Positions 23,791-35,400 of a stretch of DNA of 64,000 nt are shown in pieces (within the stretch, counting starts at the first letter, position 1; every line of letters begins with the position of its first letter). Below the pieces are notes generated by a model, which was not told the origin of the DNA, did no database searches, and saw only the letters and a program-made list of their open reading frames with translations. Made by a program: the position numbers and the translations under genes. The DNA lies in the NCBI GenBank assembly GCA_964016885.1, contig OZ024744.1:99882001-99946000 (forward strand), written 5' to 3'. Origin of the DNA: Eledone cirrhosa. Taxonomy: Eukaryota.

Positions 23791-24673
23791 CTAGCAGAAT
23801 GGCCCGGCGTTACTCGGGATTTGCTCTAGGGTTCTTATATATTTGATATATATTTATCCTTATTGAGCCTCGTGAAATAAATACGTTTATTTATATTTTG
23901 TTATTGTGCATGCAAAAATATCTGTACACGAATATATAATTATATTTATATCTATATATCTAAAACAGAGAATGTCTGTCTGTCAGCTCACTAAAACTTG
24001 AGAACCACCCAACCGATTGTTTTCAAACTTTACACATGTAATACTTATGGTCCTGTGAGTGTTTTGAGCTAAAGCTATTTCAAATTTTCAATGCCCTAGG
24101 GACCACATTAGGCGATTTAGCGATCTCTCTCTATAATTCTTAGTCTTTCTTTTTAGATAGGTACATAGATATAATGTCTGGCCGTTTGTATTACGTCATT
24201 ATGATGCGATCAGTGTGTGTGTGTATATATATGTATCGTAATGCAGACAGAAAGACATATAGCTTTCCTTCCCCTCTTCCAGCGTCTCTCTCTCTCTCTC
24301 TCTTTCCCGCTATCCCCCTCTTTTAGTCTGTCTGTTTCTTTCACTCTCACTCTTTCTCTTTATAACTCACTTACTAAAGGGTTAAGGTATTGTTCTCAAA
24401 ATAAATAATATTAAATCTATGAGATTTTTATATTATGTGAGATAAAGCCTTTACCATGAAAATAATATAGTATATATAAAGTAATGTAAATGCTAAAGGG
24501 TTAATTCCATCAGACCATATGAGAGAGTTTATAATCACTCACGCACACATTCACACTCACGCATGCAAACGCACACAAACTCACACACACACGCGCTCAC
24601 GTACACACACACGCAATAGTTATTCCACTGTCATGTATCTTTGACGCATACATCTCTCAAAAGACGGCGTCTG

Positions 24674-24709
<36 letters not shown>

Positions 24710-25470
24710 GCTATCCACCTCTTTTAGTCTGTCTGTTTCTTTCACTCTCACTCTTTCTCTCTGTAACTCTTTCACATTTCTCCCCTATATCGAAAAACGC
24801 TGTGACGAATGGGGAGAAGGAGGAGGAGGAGTAGAGAGCCACTTCTTCACTTCACCTCTCCGTTTCTTTCTCTCCCCTCTCACTTGCTCATTATGTACAG
24901 ACATTGGCCACTTCACTAATTCGATCCCTAGGTCAGAATAATTTGAAATTTTATTTTGCTCAAAACACTTCCGGGGCCATACGGGTTACATGTGTAAAGT
25001 TTGAAAAAAAACGGTTGGGTACTTCTCGAGTTTTAGGGAAACAGACACACAGACAGACATCCTCTGTTTTATATATATAGACTAGCAGAAATCCGACCGA
25101 CGGGTGGTTTTCTGCTAGTATATATATTACACACACAGAAATGTATATATGTTTCTGTAGCACTCTTCAATTCCCCCTCTCTCCCTCCCGCTATCCCCCT
25201 CTTGTAGTCTGTCTATTTCTTTCACTCTCACTCTCTCTCTACGCGTGCGCAAAAAACATTCGCACGCGCGCACGTGTTTTAGCGTCTATTCACTCTCTCA
25301 CTCTCTCCCTCTCTCCCTCCCGCTATCTCCCTCTCGTAGTCTGTCTCTTTCTTTCACTCTCACCCTCTCTCTACGCGTGCGCAAAAAACATTCGCACGCG
25401 CGCACGTGTTTCCACTGTCGGACAGACAGACAGAGAAATTGCTGGTTATATATTATAAGGAGATAGATAT
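23791..25470. mobile_element. Cluster of non-autonomous Helitron-like elements in both orientations
   Basis: Minus 3' end hairpin CCCGAGTAACGCCGGG..CTAG at 23791; 5' TCTATATAT.TAAAACAGAG at 23951(+) and 25081(-); shared motif GCTATCC.CCT..TAGTCTGTCT near 24305, 24710, 25188 and 25319. Confidence 0.7.
24382..24504. mobile_element. Right half of the piggyBac-type MITE
   Basis: Ends TAAATGCTAAAGGG-TTAA; matches ~17395-17531. Confidence 0.8.
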
Positions 25471-25839
25471 ATATATTTATTTATATATATAGATAGATAA
25501 AGATATATATATTTATTTATATATATATATAGATAGATAAAGATATATATATTTATTTATATATATATATTGATAGATAAAGATATATATATTTATTTAT
25601 ATATATATATATAATATAAAACGAAAAATCAGTGATGCATCTGAACTCAATTTATTGTGTGTTACAATTGTTTCGCCGGCGGACAAGACGCGATCATTGT
25701 GTGGATCTGTCTGATTTTGAACCCGCAGGTTCGACGGACACGTCTAATGATTTCGGAGCATATTCTCATACTCTGCTCTGTAAGAGCATAGAGTGCTCAA
25801 CCGGCATACCGTCTATGGAAGCATCTTAGCTACCATCAG

Positions 25840-25899
<60 letters not shown>

Positions 25900-26528
25900 A
25901 TATAATATTATAAAGCTGAGTGTCGTGTGTATGTATCCTACACACCTCCCTATAGTTTCTTAGCTTTACTCTCTCCGTCGCTCTTCCCTCTCTCCATAAT
26001 AGATCATTCCCCCTCTCTATAATTTAACTGCTTTACTCTCTCTGTCGCTCTTCACTCTCAAATATTATAAAGCTGAGGATCGTCTCTCTCTCTCTCCCTC
26101 TTTCATCCTCTCTATAATTTAACTGCTTTACTCTCTCTCTCTCTTCACTCTCTATATGACAACACTCTTTTACTTTCCGTATCTACCTTCAATATATCAA
26201 CATAGAGATGAGCGTCGTATGTATGTTTATTTCAAAAGGATAACCTCCTTCAAATTCGGTCAACATGCAAGCAGGTAATACATACATCAAAAGGCAACCC
26301 TCTTAGAGAGACAGAGAGTGAAAGAGACAGATTAGGAAAACTACACACACACACACATCTAAAGAGAGAGAGGCAGGGAAAGAGAAACAGAGGGACGGGC
26401 AAGAAGGTAATACATACATCTAAAATCATTTGGATACAAATATCATAATATAATTGTTGCAGAACGAAAATACAGACAAATATAATAATGTATGTATCCC
26501 ACACACTTTTTCTGTCGTCACTCACATA

Positions 26529-26620
<92 letters not shown>

Positions 26621-26906
26621 TTTCACACCTGATTTTGCCAATTGCCGGATAGATAACATCAAAACAAAACACACAGACACACACATGCACATTCACACAT
26701 ACAAAAACACACATACACATACATAAACACACACACACATATCTATACTTTATATGTATGAATGTATGTATGTATGTATGTAAGATCATTCCCCCTCTAT
26801 ATGATTTAACTGCTTTACTCTCTCTGTCGCTCTTCACTCTCTATATGACAACAATGTTTTAGTTTCCGTATCTCCCTTCAATATATATACACATAGAGAG
26901 AGATAG

Positions 26907-26988
<82 letters not shown>

Positions 26989-27219
26989 AGAAAAACTACA
27001 CACACATCTACAGAAAGAGACAGAAAAACAGAGGGGGGGGGAAAGAGGGAGATAGGCCGTTAGACAGAGAGAGAGATACAATTAAAGTGTTAGTTATTCA
27101 GAGAGAGAGAGAGACAGAGTTGGAAGGACAATGTGACACGGGAGGGTGTGTGGTATCTTTGCAGTGGAGTGGTGGGGACAGGTATACCTAGCCGGGCGCC
27201 AGCCGGACGGGGCAGCTAG
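25900..27219 (+). mobile_element. Helitron-like element with internal duplications and microsatellites
   Basis: 3' GC-rich hairpin then CTAG|T at 27216-27220; repeated TTTAACTGCTTTACTCTCTC blocks near 26022, 26118 and 26804. The 5' boundary is approximate. Confidence 0.55.
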
Positions 27220-27226
27220 TATATAC

Positions 27227-27270
<44 letters not shown>

Positions 27271-27288
27271 GTTATTCCGGGTTGAATT

Positions 27289-27457
27289 GGAGGTAACCAC
27301 AGTAAGTAAGGTACTCAATACATTGCAGAGTATAAAAGTTTTAATATAGATGAGATTCTACAGGACTAGAACTGTTTCATTCTTTAGAAATCATCAGGAT
27401 TCCTGATGATTTCTAAAGAATGAAACAGTTCTAGTCCTGTATAATCTCATCTATATT

Positions 27458-27491
<34 letters not shown>

Positions 27492-27631
27492 TGAGATTCT
27501 ACAGGACTAGAACTGTTTCATTCATTAGAAATCATCATGAATGAAACAGTTCTAGTCCTGTAGAATCTCATCTATATTAAAACTTTTATACTCTGCTATG
27601 TATTGAGTACCTTACTTACTGTGGTTACCTC

Positions 27632-27632
<1 letters not shown>
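27289..27632. mobile_element. Penelope-like pLTR remnants arranged as nested inverted repeats within (TA)n
   Basis: Outer inverted repeat GGAGGTAACCACAG... / ...CTGTGGTTACCTCC; two internal hairpins centred near 27400 and 27530; contains hammerhead cores. Confidence 0.75.
27398..27446 (+). ncRNA. Minimal type I hammerhead ribozyme motif (mirror copy on minus, 27354-27402)
   Basis: GATTC-CTGATGA-TTTCTAAAGAAT-GAAA-CAG-TTCTAGTC-CTG-TA^TAATC; the other three copies have GAATC, which would give a perfect 5-bp stem I. Confidence 0.65.
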
Positions 27633-27678
<46 letters not shown>

Positions 27679-28023
27679 GTGAAATCTATTTGTTGTGGAA
27701 GGAGTGCCGAACACACATTACCAACAATTCTGGTTTAACATATAGCTTTATTTCACCTCAAAAAAGAAAAAATACGACTACTTTGAATTGTAAATACAAT
27801 CAACGATTATAGTGTTCACAAATGATATATTGTTCTGTTAGGCCTGTGTTGCACAAGCAGTCGTCTTATGTACTATGGGATGTTTCCTTAAAAAGTGACA
27901 AGTTTCTTGTCAGACATTAGTTAGTGGGGTAAACCAAACAGAAAATGAAAAACACCCACAAACGAACGTAGGAGGCTAATATAAAAAAAATATCACACGA
28001 TCTACATGACAGGTGCAAATAAT

Positions 28024-28208
28024 TGTTTCTACTTTAGGCACAAGGCCAGCAATTACCCAGTGCATTACTGGTACTTTATTTTATCGACCCCGTAAGGATG
28101 AAAGGCAGAGTTTACCTCGGCGGGATTTGAACTCAGAATGGCAAGGGCCGTAACTCTATACGTCAAAGCATGGCGTCCGACCCTCTCCCGATACTGCCAA
28201 TCCACCGT
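28024..28208 (-). mobile_element. SINE family A, full length with TSD
   Basis: 19-bp direct repeat CATGACAGGTGCAAATAAT at 28005-28023 and 28209-28227; box B GTTCAAATC on minus. Confidence 0.92.
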
Positions 28209-28319
28209 CATGACAGGTGCAAATAATGACCACTAGTTACTTTCAAATCTTCTCCTCTACACACTATATAGTGCTCCTTGCTACAGTCACGCATCTCTCC
28301 TTGCTGACCTCAACACTTG

Positions 28320-28760
28320 TATTCAAGTGGCAGCTGAGGAGATATGCAATATCGGGTTTGACAACCTTGTCTGCAACGGGCCACCTTACCTGTTAGAGAA
28401 ACGGAGGTCTTGGTGGTCCCTGGTCCCCAGTCTCGCTGGCTTTGCCGACATTTTTTTCATCGGTAACTTCTTGCTGTGTCCTCATCGACAAGGTTCTCTT
28501 AAACATGATGGAACACACTGTGATCGAGGAATGCGAGGCCACCTGTGAGACTTAGAACCGGCTTGGACTCCGCCCAGTAGATGTCCCTTCTCCTCTTCCT
28601 TCCATTGAAGTAAAATCCCACCAGAGCACATGGGATGCCATCCAGTGCAGCATGGCCTCAGACAGGCTAGCATGCCAGCTCGACCAGCACCACCTCACAT
28701 GTTTGCGCTCGGCCTCATAACTCCACAGCGGTGCCTGGCTCAATGCTTTATCCTCCCCTT
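28320..28760 (+). mobile_element. CRE-clade non-LTR retrotransposon fragment, decayed
   Basis: LPVR..GGLG (frameshifted) and QSTWD...RSAS*LHSGAWLNAL motifs. Confidence 0.65.
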
Positions 28761-28996
28761 TTCAACTGGCACGTAGCTGAGCTGGATAATATCTATCTAG
28801 CACCCAAGAAACCTTTAGGCAAATACTCTGCTATATCTGTACAGCCCACATAACAGATTTCCCAACCATAAGTACAAACAAGTTCCTTCTATTTTGCACA
28901 CGTCTAAGTAAAAGTTATGCCTCTGTTTTAACTTACAATCGAACACCCCCCAAGTTCTCTCTACTAGAATGTTAATCCTCACATACATAACAAGAA

Positions 28997-29054
28997 TGTT
29001 GACTGATGAGCTTCTGAAGTAATAACTTCCTCAGCAAAACACATGTAATCAACA
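28997..29054 (+). ncRNA. Degenerate hammerhead motif (probably inactive)
   Basis: TGTTGA-CTGATGA-GCT..GAAGT-AATA-ACTTC..AGC-AAAAC-ACATGTA-A-TCAACA; GAAA reads AAAA and there is one extra base at stem I. Confidence 0.45.
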
Positions 29055-29070
29055 GATGAAAATGTATATA

Positions 29071-29422
29071 TACATACAAGATGGCTGCCCCCTCATTATC
29101 GAGTATGGCCATTGCACGATATACCATTATTAATAATTATTAATTAATTCTATCGTGCAATGCCTGTGCATGAAGAATTTTTTTTAAGTGAGGAAAGACT
29201 GCACTGAGCCAATCCCACTCTCTGAGCAACAGTAGCTATAACCTGAAAAGAAGAAAAGATCATCATCATCGGTAACTACTGAGCCACAGGTTTTATATCG
29301 GATTTATCTGTTTCCTGAGTTGCCTTCTCCTAGAAGAATGCCCTGACAAAGGCTAGGGGTCCTTCACTCCCAGTGGTTTAACCAAGCGATCGGGTATCCA
29401 GCCCAACTATTTCCATGTCCCC
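29071..29422 (-). mobile_element. Short internally deleted derivative of the RTE at 7346 (5'UTR fused to 3' terminus)
   Basis: Reverse complement matches 7346-7640, then 14295-14345. Confidence 0.92.
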
Positions 29423-29464
29423 GTGTATATACATACACATGCATGCATGCATCTACATATATAC

Positions 29465-30000
29465 ATAGACAGAGTTAGAACGGGATGGAAAAAGTTCAGA
29501 GAGGTAATACCGCTGTTGGCCACAAGGGGTTTTTCTCTAAAAATTGAAGGGCAGATTGTATGATGCTTGTATACGAACAGTGATATTACATGGTAGTGAC
29601 TTTGGGCATTGAGTGCTGAAGACCTGCGTAGATTAGAAAGAAATGAAGCTTGCATGCTCTAATGGATGTGTAATAGTAATGTGTGTGAAGGGCAAAGCAT
29701 AAACGAATTAAGAGATAGACTAAGCATTAGAGGTATCAAATGTTGTGTTCTGGAGAGGAGATTGCGTTTGTATGGACATGTGATGCGTATGAAGGACAAC
29801 AGCTGTATAAAAAAGTGCAGGGCAATGAAAATTGATGGAAGCTGCGGAGTGGGCAGACTGAGAAAAACCTGGGGTGAGGTGAGAACAACTGACCTTGCTC
29901 ACTTACACCTCTCTAAGACAATGTCACTGGATCGAGATCTTTGGCGCTATTCAGTTGTACAGAAAACCCAACTGCCATTGCATACAAACCTACAGTCAGT
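29465..30000 (+). mobile_element. RTE LINE 3' fragment related to 118-1004, decayed
   Basis: RVRTGWKKFRE, ERRLRLYGHVMRM, GRLRKTW. Confidence 0.85.
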
Positions 30001-30099
30001 AGGCATCTCTTAACTCAATGTACACCCCACCCCCACACCCTACCCTACCCTACCCTCCCTCTCCCATTCCGTCCACTGTGTTGATGACACAACAATCCA

Positions 30100-30306
30100 C
30101 ACTGTAAGGTGGTTGTGTAGGAGACACGGTGAAAAGGCTCCCAGTCCACACTGTAAATGTGGTTGGCATTAGGAAGGGCATCCAGCTGTAAAAAAAACCT
30201 GCCAGAGACACTTCTGTGCGAGCAAGACACGGTCTCCCGACCATTCCCGCATCAAATGAAACAAAACCGTCTAACCCATGCTAGCGTGGAAGATGGACGT
30301 TAAACA

Positions 30307-30342
<36 letters not shown>
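30100..30342 (+). mobile_element. RTE-related SINE or bipartite element with (ATG)n tail
   Basis: GGTTGGCATTAGGAAGGGCATCCAGCTGTAAAA and tail ACCCATGCTAGCGTGGAAGATGGACGTTAAAC(ATG)n, resembling the LINE tail at 961-1004. Confidence 0.75.
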
Positions 30343-30899
30343 ATGATACATATGTACATGTGTATATACATATTTACACATTTTTGGATGGTCTTGACTC
30401 TTATGAGTTATTCCGCCCTTTGTATATATATACACCCATAAATACATAAATACATACACTATATATCATATCTCAAATATATATATATATCAAATTTCTA
30501 TTTACAAAATACGAGTTTTGTAAATTGATTGAGTGAGTGGTACTGACAGAGCTAGACGGAATCTAAATGGCTCGTTATACTTAATTTTTAATTTCTCCCA
30601 GGTTACTAACATACCTTAACTCATAAGTTGAACACTATCTCTTTGTTAATAGTTCAATTTGTACGTATTTTGTATTTCTGTCTTTGTTATTCACTTAACT
30701 AAGTTGAGAGCACCGATACTTTTTCAACTATTTGAATTTTACCACCAAAATTGTGTTTCTTTGTAATGGCTGAATGGTCGGATATTTAAGTATCAACAGT
30801 GACATAGAATTGATAAATAATGTGACTGAACACGGAAGAGCCGAACTCCCACTGTCATCGCCTCCATCTCTCTCGCCCTCTCCATCTCCCTGTATTATG

Positions 30900-31225
30900 A
30901 GCAAACGTCATGTGCTGGCTGTCCAGCACAGAATGGACAAGGCGTTTCCCCGGAGGATGGTAATGGAGATGCACTGGAAGAGCCATTCCAACTCACAAGG
31001 CTCACACATGCGGCTGGCCAGCTCACCGCCTATGGTGGTAAGTAGGGAGGTAGCCCTGGGGCCAAGGAGACCAGATGTTTCCACTGCTAGGGGCTTGACT
31101 TCAAACCTGTCGGAGAACAACAGATGCTTGGAGAGTTTGCCCTTCTCAGCCCAAAGTGTAGCAGAACCTGGGTTAGTCTCAGACTGCACCAGGTTGTGGC
31201 TGGAGAAAGTGTCGCTTTCTACTGC
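30900..31225 (-). mobile_element. CRE-clade retrotransposon C-terminal (RLE) fragment
   Basis: KPLAVETSGLLG...EWLFQCISITILRGNALSIL. Confidence 0.8.
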
Positions 31226-31545
31226 CTTCCTTATTAGAATGTCAGGTGATTCTGCCACAATATGAAACTACTATCACTATCACTGTCTGAGTTTGACTCT
31301 GGCAGTCTCTTGGATGAAATCTTCCGTTTGGATTAGGACTAAAGTCCCACTGATGATATGTTATGTCAGTCCTGGTTGTGTAATGTTTATAATTGCTAGA
31401 AATATTGCATGACTTCTGTGTGTAATGTTTGCTCGTGTATCTGCTGCACACAGGACAGTACAATGAAACTGTACAGTTCAGAGCATACCTTTTGTTCCCA
31501 CACTAAGTCGTTTATCCACTGTTTAATATACTCTTACAGAGTGGA

Positions 31546-31711
31546 CAACTGTCAGAGTTAGTGAAAATATATATTTTCTAAAATATCAGATCAGTGGATC
31601 TGCCAATATGCAGATCTGACTGATCAGCCAGTCTGCTAATATGCAAATCAGGCCGATCAGTTACTGTATATTTTAGAAAATATCATATATTTTCACTAGC
31701 TCTGACAGTTG
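31546..31711. repeat. Imperfect palindrome adjoining a hammerhead motif
   Basis: CAACTGTCAGAGTTAGTGAAAATATA / TATATTTTCACTAGCTCTGACAGTTG. Confidence 0.85.
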
Positions 31712-31788
31712 GCAGGTGAACAGTGAACTGTACTGATGAAGGGTGATACCCAGAAACATTAGTGTCTGCAGTTCTGTTCACATGCCAA
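31709..31788 (+). ncRNA. Type I hammerhead ribozyme with extended stem I (Penelope-type)
   Basis: GAACTGTA-CTGATGA-A-GGGT-GAT-ACCC-A-GAAA-CA-TTAG-TG-TC^TGCAGTTC; stem I extends via GTGAACA/TGTTCAC and TTGGCA/TGCCAA; predicted GUC cleavage after 31766. Confidence 0.8.
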
Positions 31789-32130
31789 TGGAAGAGCAAG
31801 AATGAAGGGGTCATTCTACTGACATGGCTTTTAAAATGAGGCTTGTTTATATAATTGCAAACGAATCGAATATTATTATTAATATTCGAAAAACTTAGAT
31901 TACATTTATTATTATATATATATATATATATATATATAGGATAACAAGGTATCGTTTTAAAGTAATCCAGTATTCTGATAATTTGATCAGTCAAACACTG
32001 TAATTAAGGTCGAGTGACGTAGCTTCTAGCGATCAGTGGCTTTTAGACTCACCTGATTAATGAAACAATTGTTAATACTGTAAATAAACTCTTTTTGTAC
32101 AGCCGACCAAGTTATTCTTCATTCTTTTAG

Positions 32131-32256
32131 GTATTTCTTCCCACAGTTGGAAGAAATGCCTTGAAAACGATAAACATATCTGAGGACCTTGCGAATCCAG
32201 AGTCAGGTTCGATCTATAATAAATCCTACCTTGAGCTGTTCGTCAGAGAAACATAT
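32131..32256 (+). CDS. Candidate internal coding exon of an unidentified host gene (126 bp, phase 0)
   Basis: Acceptor TTATTCTTCATTCTTTTAG, donor GTAATA, open frame VFLPTVGRNALKTINISEDLANPESGSIYNKSYLELFVRETY; non-repetitive sequence. Confidence 0.45.
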
Positions 32257-32451
32257 GTAATATGTTAATAAATTGTGTTTTGATGCATCACTGATTCCTA
32301 GTTATCTATAATATATATATATATATATACACACCTTATTACATAGAAAACTGGTTACTCATATCAGAAATATCTTTGTCTAACTTTATATTATTTCAAT
32401 ATATGTAAACTTTAAAGCAGTGAAAGATATATTTATATATATTTAGTATTG

Positions 32452-35400
32452 TTTGTTGTTAACTGGACCTCTGTAATATATAGTATTATATGTTGTTAAC
32501 TGGACCTCTATAATATATAGTATTGTTGTTAACTGGACCTCTATACTATATAGTATTGTTGTTAACTGGACCTCTATAATATATAGTATTGTAGTTAACT
32601 GGACCTCTATAATATGTAGTATTGTTGTTAACTATACCTCTATAATATATAGTATTATATGTTAACTAGACCTCTATAATATATAGTATTATATGTTGTT
32701 AACTGGACCTCTATAATATATAGTATTGTTGTTAACTATACCTCTATAATATATAGTATTATATGTTAACTAGACCTCTATAATATATAGTATTGTTGTT
32801 AACTAGACCTCTATAATATATAGTATTGTTGTTACCTGGAACTCTAAAATATATAGTATTATATGTTAACTAGACCTCTATAATATATAGTATTGTTGTT
32901 AACTGGACATCTATAATATATAGTATTGTTGTTAACTGGACCTCTATAATATATAGTATTGTTGTTAACTGGACCTCTATAATATGTAGTATTGTTGTTA
33001 ACTGGACCTCTATAATATATAGTATTGTTGTTAACTGGACCTCTATAATATATAGTATTGTAGTTAACTGGACCTCTATAATATATAGTATTATATGTTG
33101 TTAACTATACCTCTATAATATATAGTATTGTTGTTAACTGGACCTCTATAATATATAGTATTGTAGTTAACTGGACCTCTATAATATATACTATTGTTGT
33201 TAACTGGACCTCTATAATATATAGTATTATATGTTGTTAACTATACCTCTATAATATATAGTATTGTTGTTAACTGGACCTCTATAATATATAGTATTGT
33301 TGTTAACTGGACCTCTATAATATATAGTATTGTTGTTAACTATACCTCTATATTATATAGTATTGTTGTTAACTGGACCTCTATAATATATAGTATTATA
33401 TGTTGTTAACTGGACCTCTATAATATATAGTATTATATGTTGTTAACTGGACCTCTATAATATATAGTATTGTTGTTAACTGGACCTCTATAATATATAG
33501 TATTGTTGTTAACTATACCTCTATAATATATAGTATTGTTGTTAACTGGACCTCTATAATATATAGTATTGTTGTTAACTAGACCTCTATAATATATAGT
33601 ATTGTTGTTAACTGGACCTCTATAATATATAGTATTGTTGTAAAATGGACCTCTATACTATATAGTATTGTTGTTAACTGGACCTCTGTAATATATAGTA
33701 TTATATGTTGTTAACTAGACCTCTATAATATATAGTATTGTTGTTAACTGGACCTCTATAATATATAGTATTGTTGTTACCTGGACCTCTATAATATATA
33801 GTATTGTTGTTACCAGGACCTCTATAATATATAGTATTGTTGTTAACTGGACCTCTATAATATATAGTATTGTTGTTAACTGGACCTCTATAATATATAG
33901 TATTATATGTTGTTAACTGGACCTCTATAATATATAGTATTGTTGTTACCTGGACCTCTATAATATATAGTATTGTTGTTAACTGGACCTCTATAATATA
34001 TAGTATTGTTGTTAACTGGACCTCTATAATATATAGTATTATATGTTGTTAACTGGACCTCTATAATATATAGTATTGTTGTTAACTGAACCTCTATAAT
34101 ATATAGTATTGTTGTTACCTGAACCTCTATAATATATAGTATTGTTGTTAATTGGACCTCTATAATATATAGTATTGTTGTTACCTGGACCTCTATAATA
34201 TATAGTATTGTGGTTAACTGGACCTCTATAATATATAGTATTGTTGTTACCTGAACCTCTATAATATATAGTATTGTTGTTAACTATACCTCTATAATAT
34301 ATAGTATTGTTGTTAACTATACCTCTATAATATATAGTATTGTTGTTAACTGGACCTCTATAATATATAGTATTATATGTTGTTAACTGGACCTCTATAA
34401 TATATAGTATTGTTGTTAACTGGACCTCTATAATATATAGTATTGTTGTTAACTGGACCTCTATAATATATAGTATTGTTGTTAACTGGACCTCTATAAT
34501 ATATAGTATTGTTGTTAACTATACCTCTATAATATATAGTATTATATGTTGTTAACTGGACCTCTATAATATATAGTATTGTTGTTAACTATACCTCTAT
34601 AATATATAGTATTGTTGTTAACTATACCTCTATAATATATAGTATTATATGTTGTTAACTGGACCTCTATAATATATAGTATTGTTGTTAACTATACCTC
34701 TATAATATATAGTATTGTTGTTAACTATACCTCTATAATATATAGTATTATATGTTGTTAACTGGACCTCTATAATATATAGTATTGTTGTTAACTATAC
34801 CTCTATAATATATAGTATTGTTGTTAACTGGACCTCTATAATATATAGTATTGTTGTTAGCTGGACCTCTATAATATATAGTATTGTTGTTAACTGGACC
34901 TCTATAATATATAGTATTGTATGTAGTTAACTATACCTCTATAATATATAGTATTGTTATTAACTGGACCTCTATAATATATAGTATTGTTGTTAACTAG
35001 ACCTCTATAATATATAGTATTGTTGTTAACTGGACCTCTATAATATATAGTATTGTTGTTAACTGGACCTCTATAATATATAGTATTATATGTTGTTAAC
35101 TGGACCTCTATAATATATAGTATTATATGTTGTTAACTGGACCTCTATACTATATAGTATTGTTGTTAACTGCACCTCTATAATATATAGTATTGTTGTT
35201 AACTGGACCTCTATAATATATAGTATTATATGTTGTTAACTGGACCTCTATAATATATAGTATTGTTGTTAACTGGACCTCTATAATATATAGTATTATA
35301 TGTTGTTAACTGGACCTCTATAATATATAGTATTGTTGTTAACTGGACCTCTATAATATATAGTATTGTTGTTAACTATACCTCTATAATATATAGTATT

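Noticed and set aside
31242-31463. Minus-strand ORF or SDSDS-rich peptide as a host exon
   Set aside because: It is short, stop-bounded, and has no convincing splice sites or recognisable homology.
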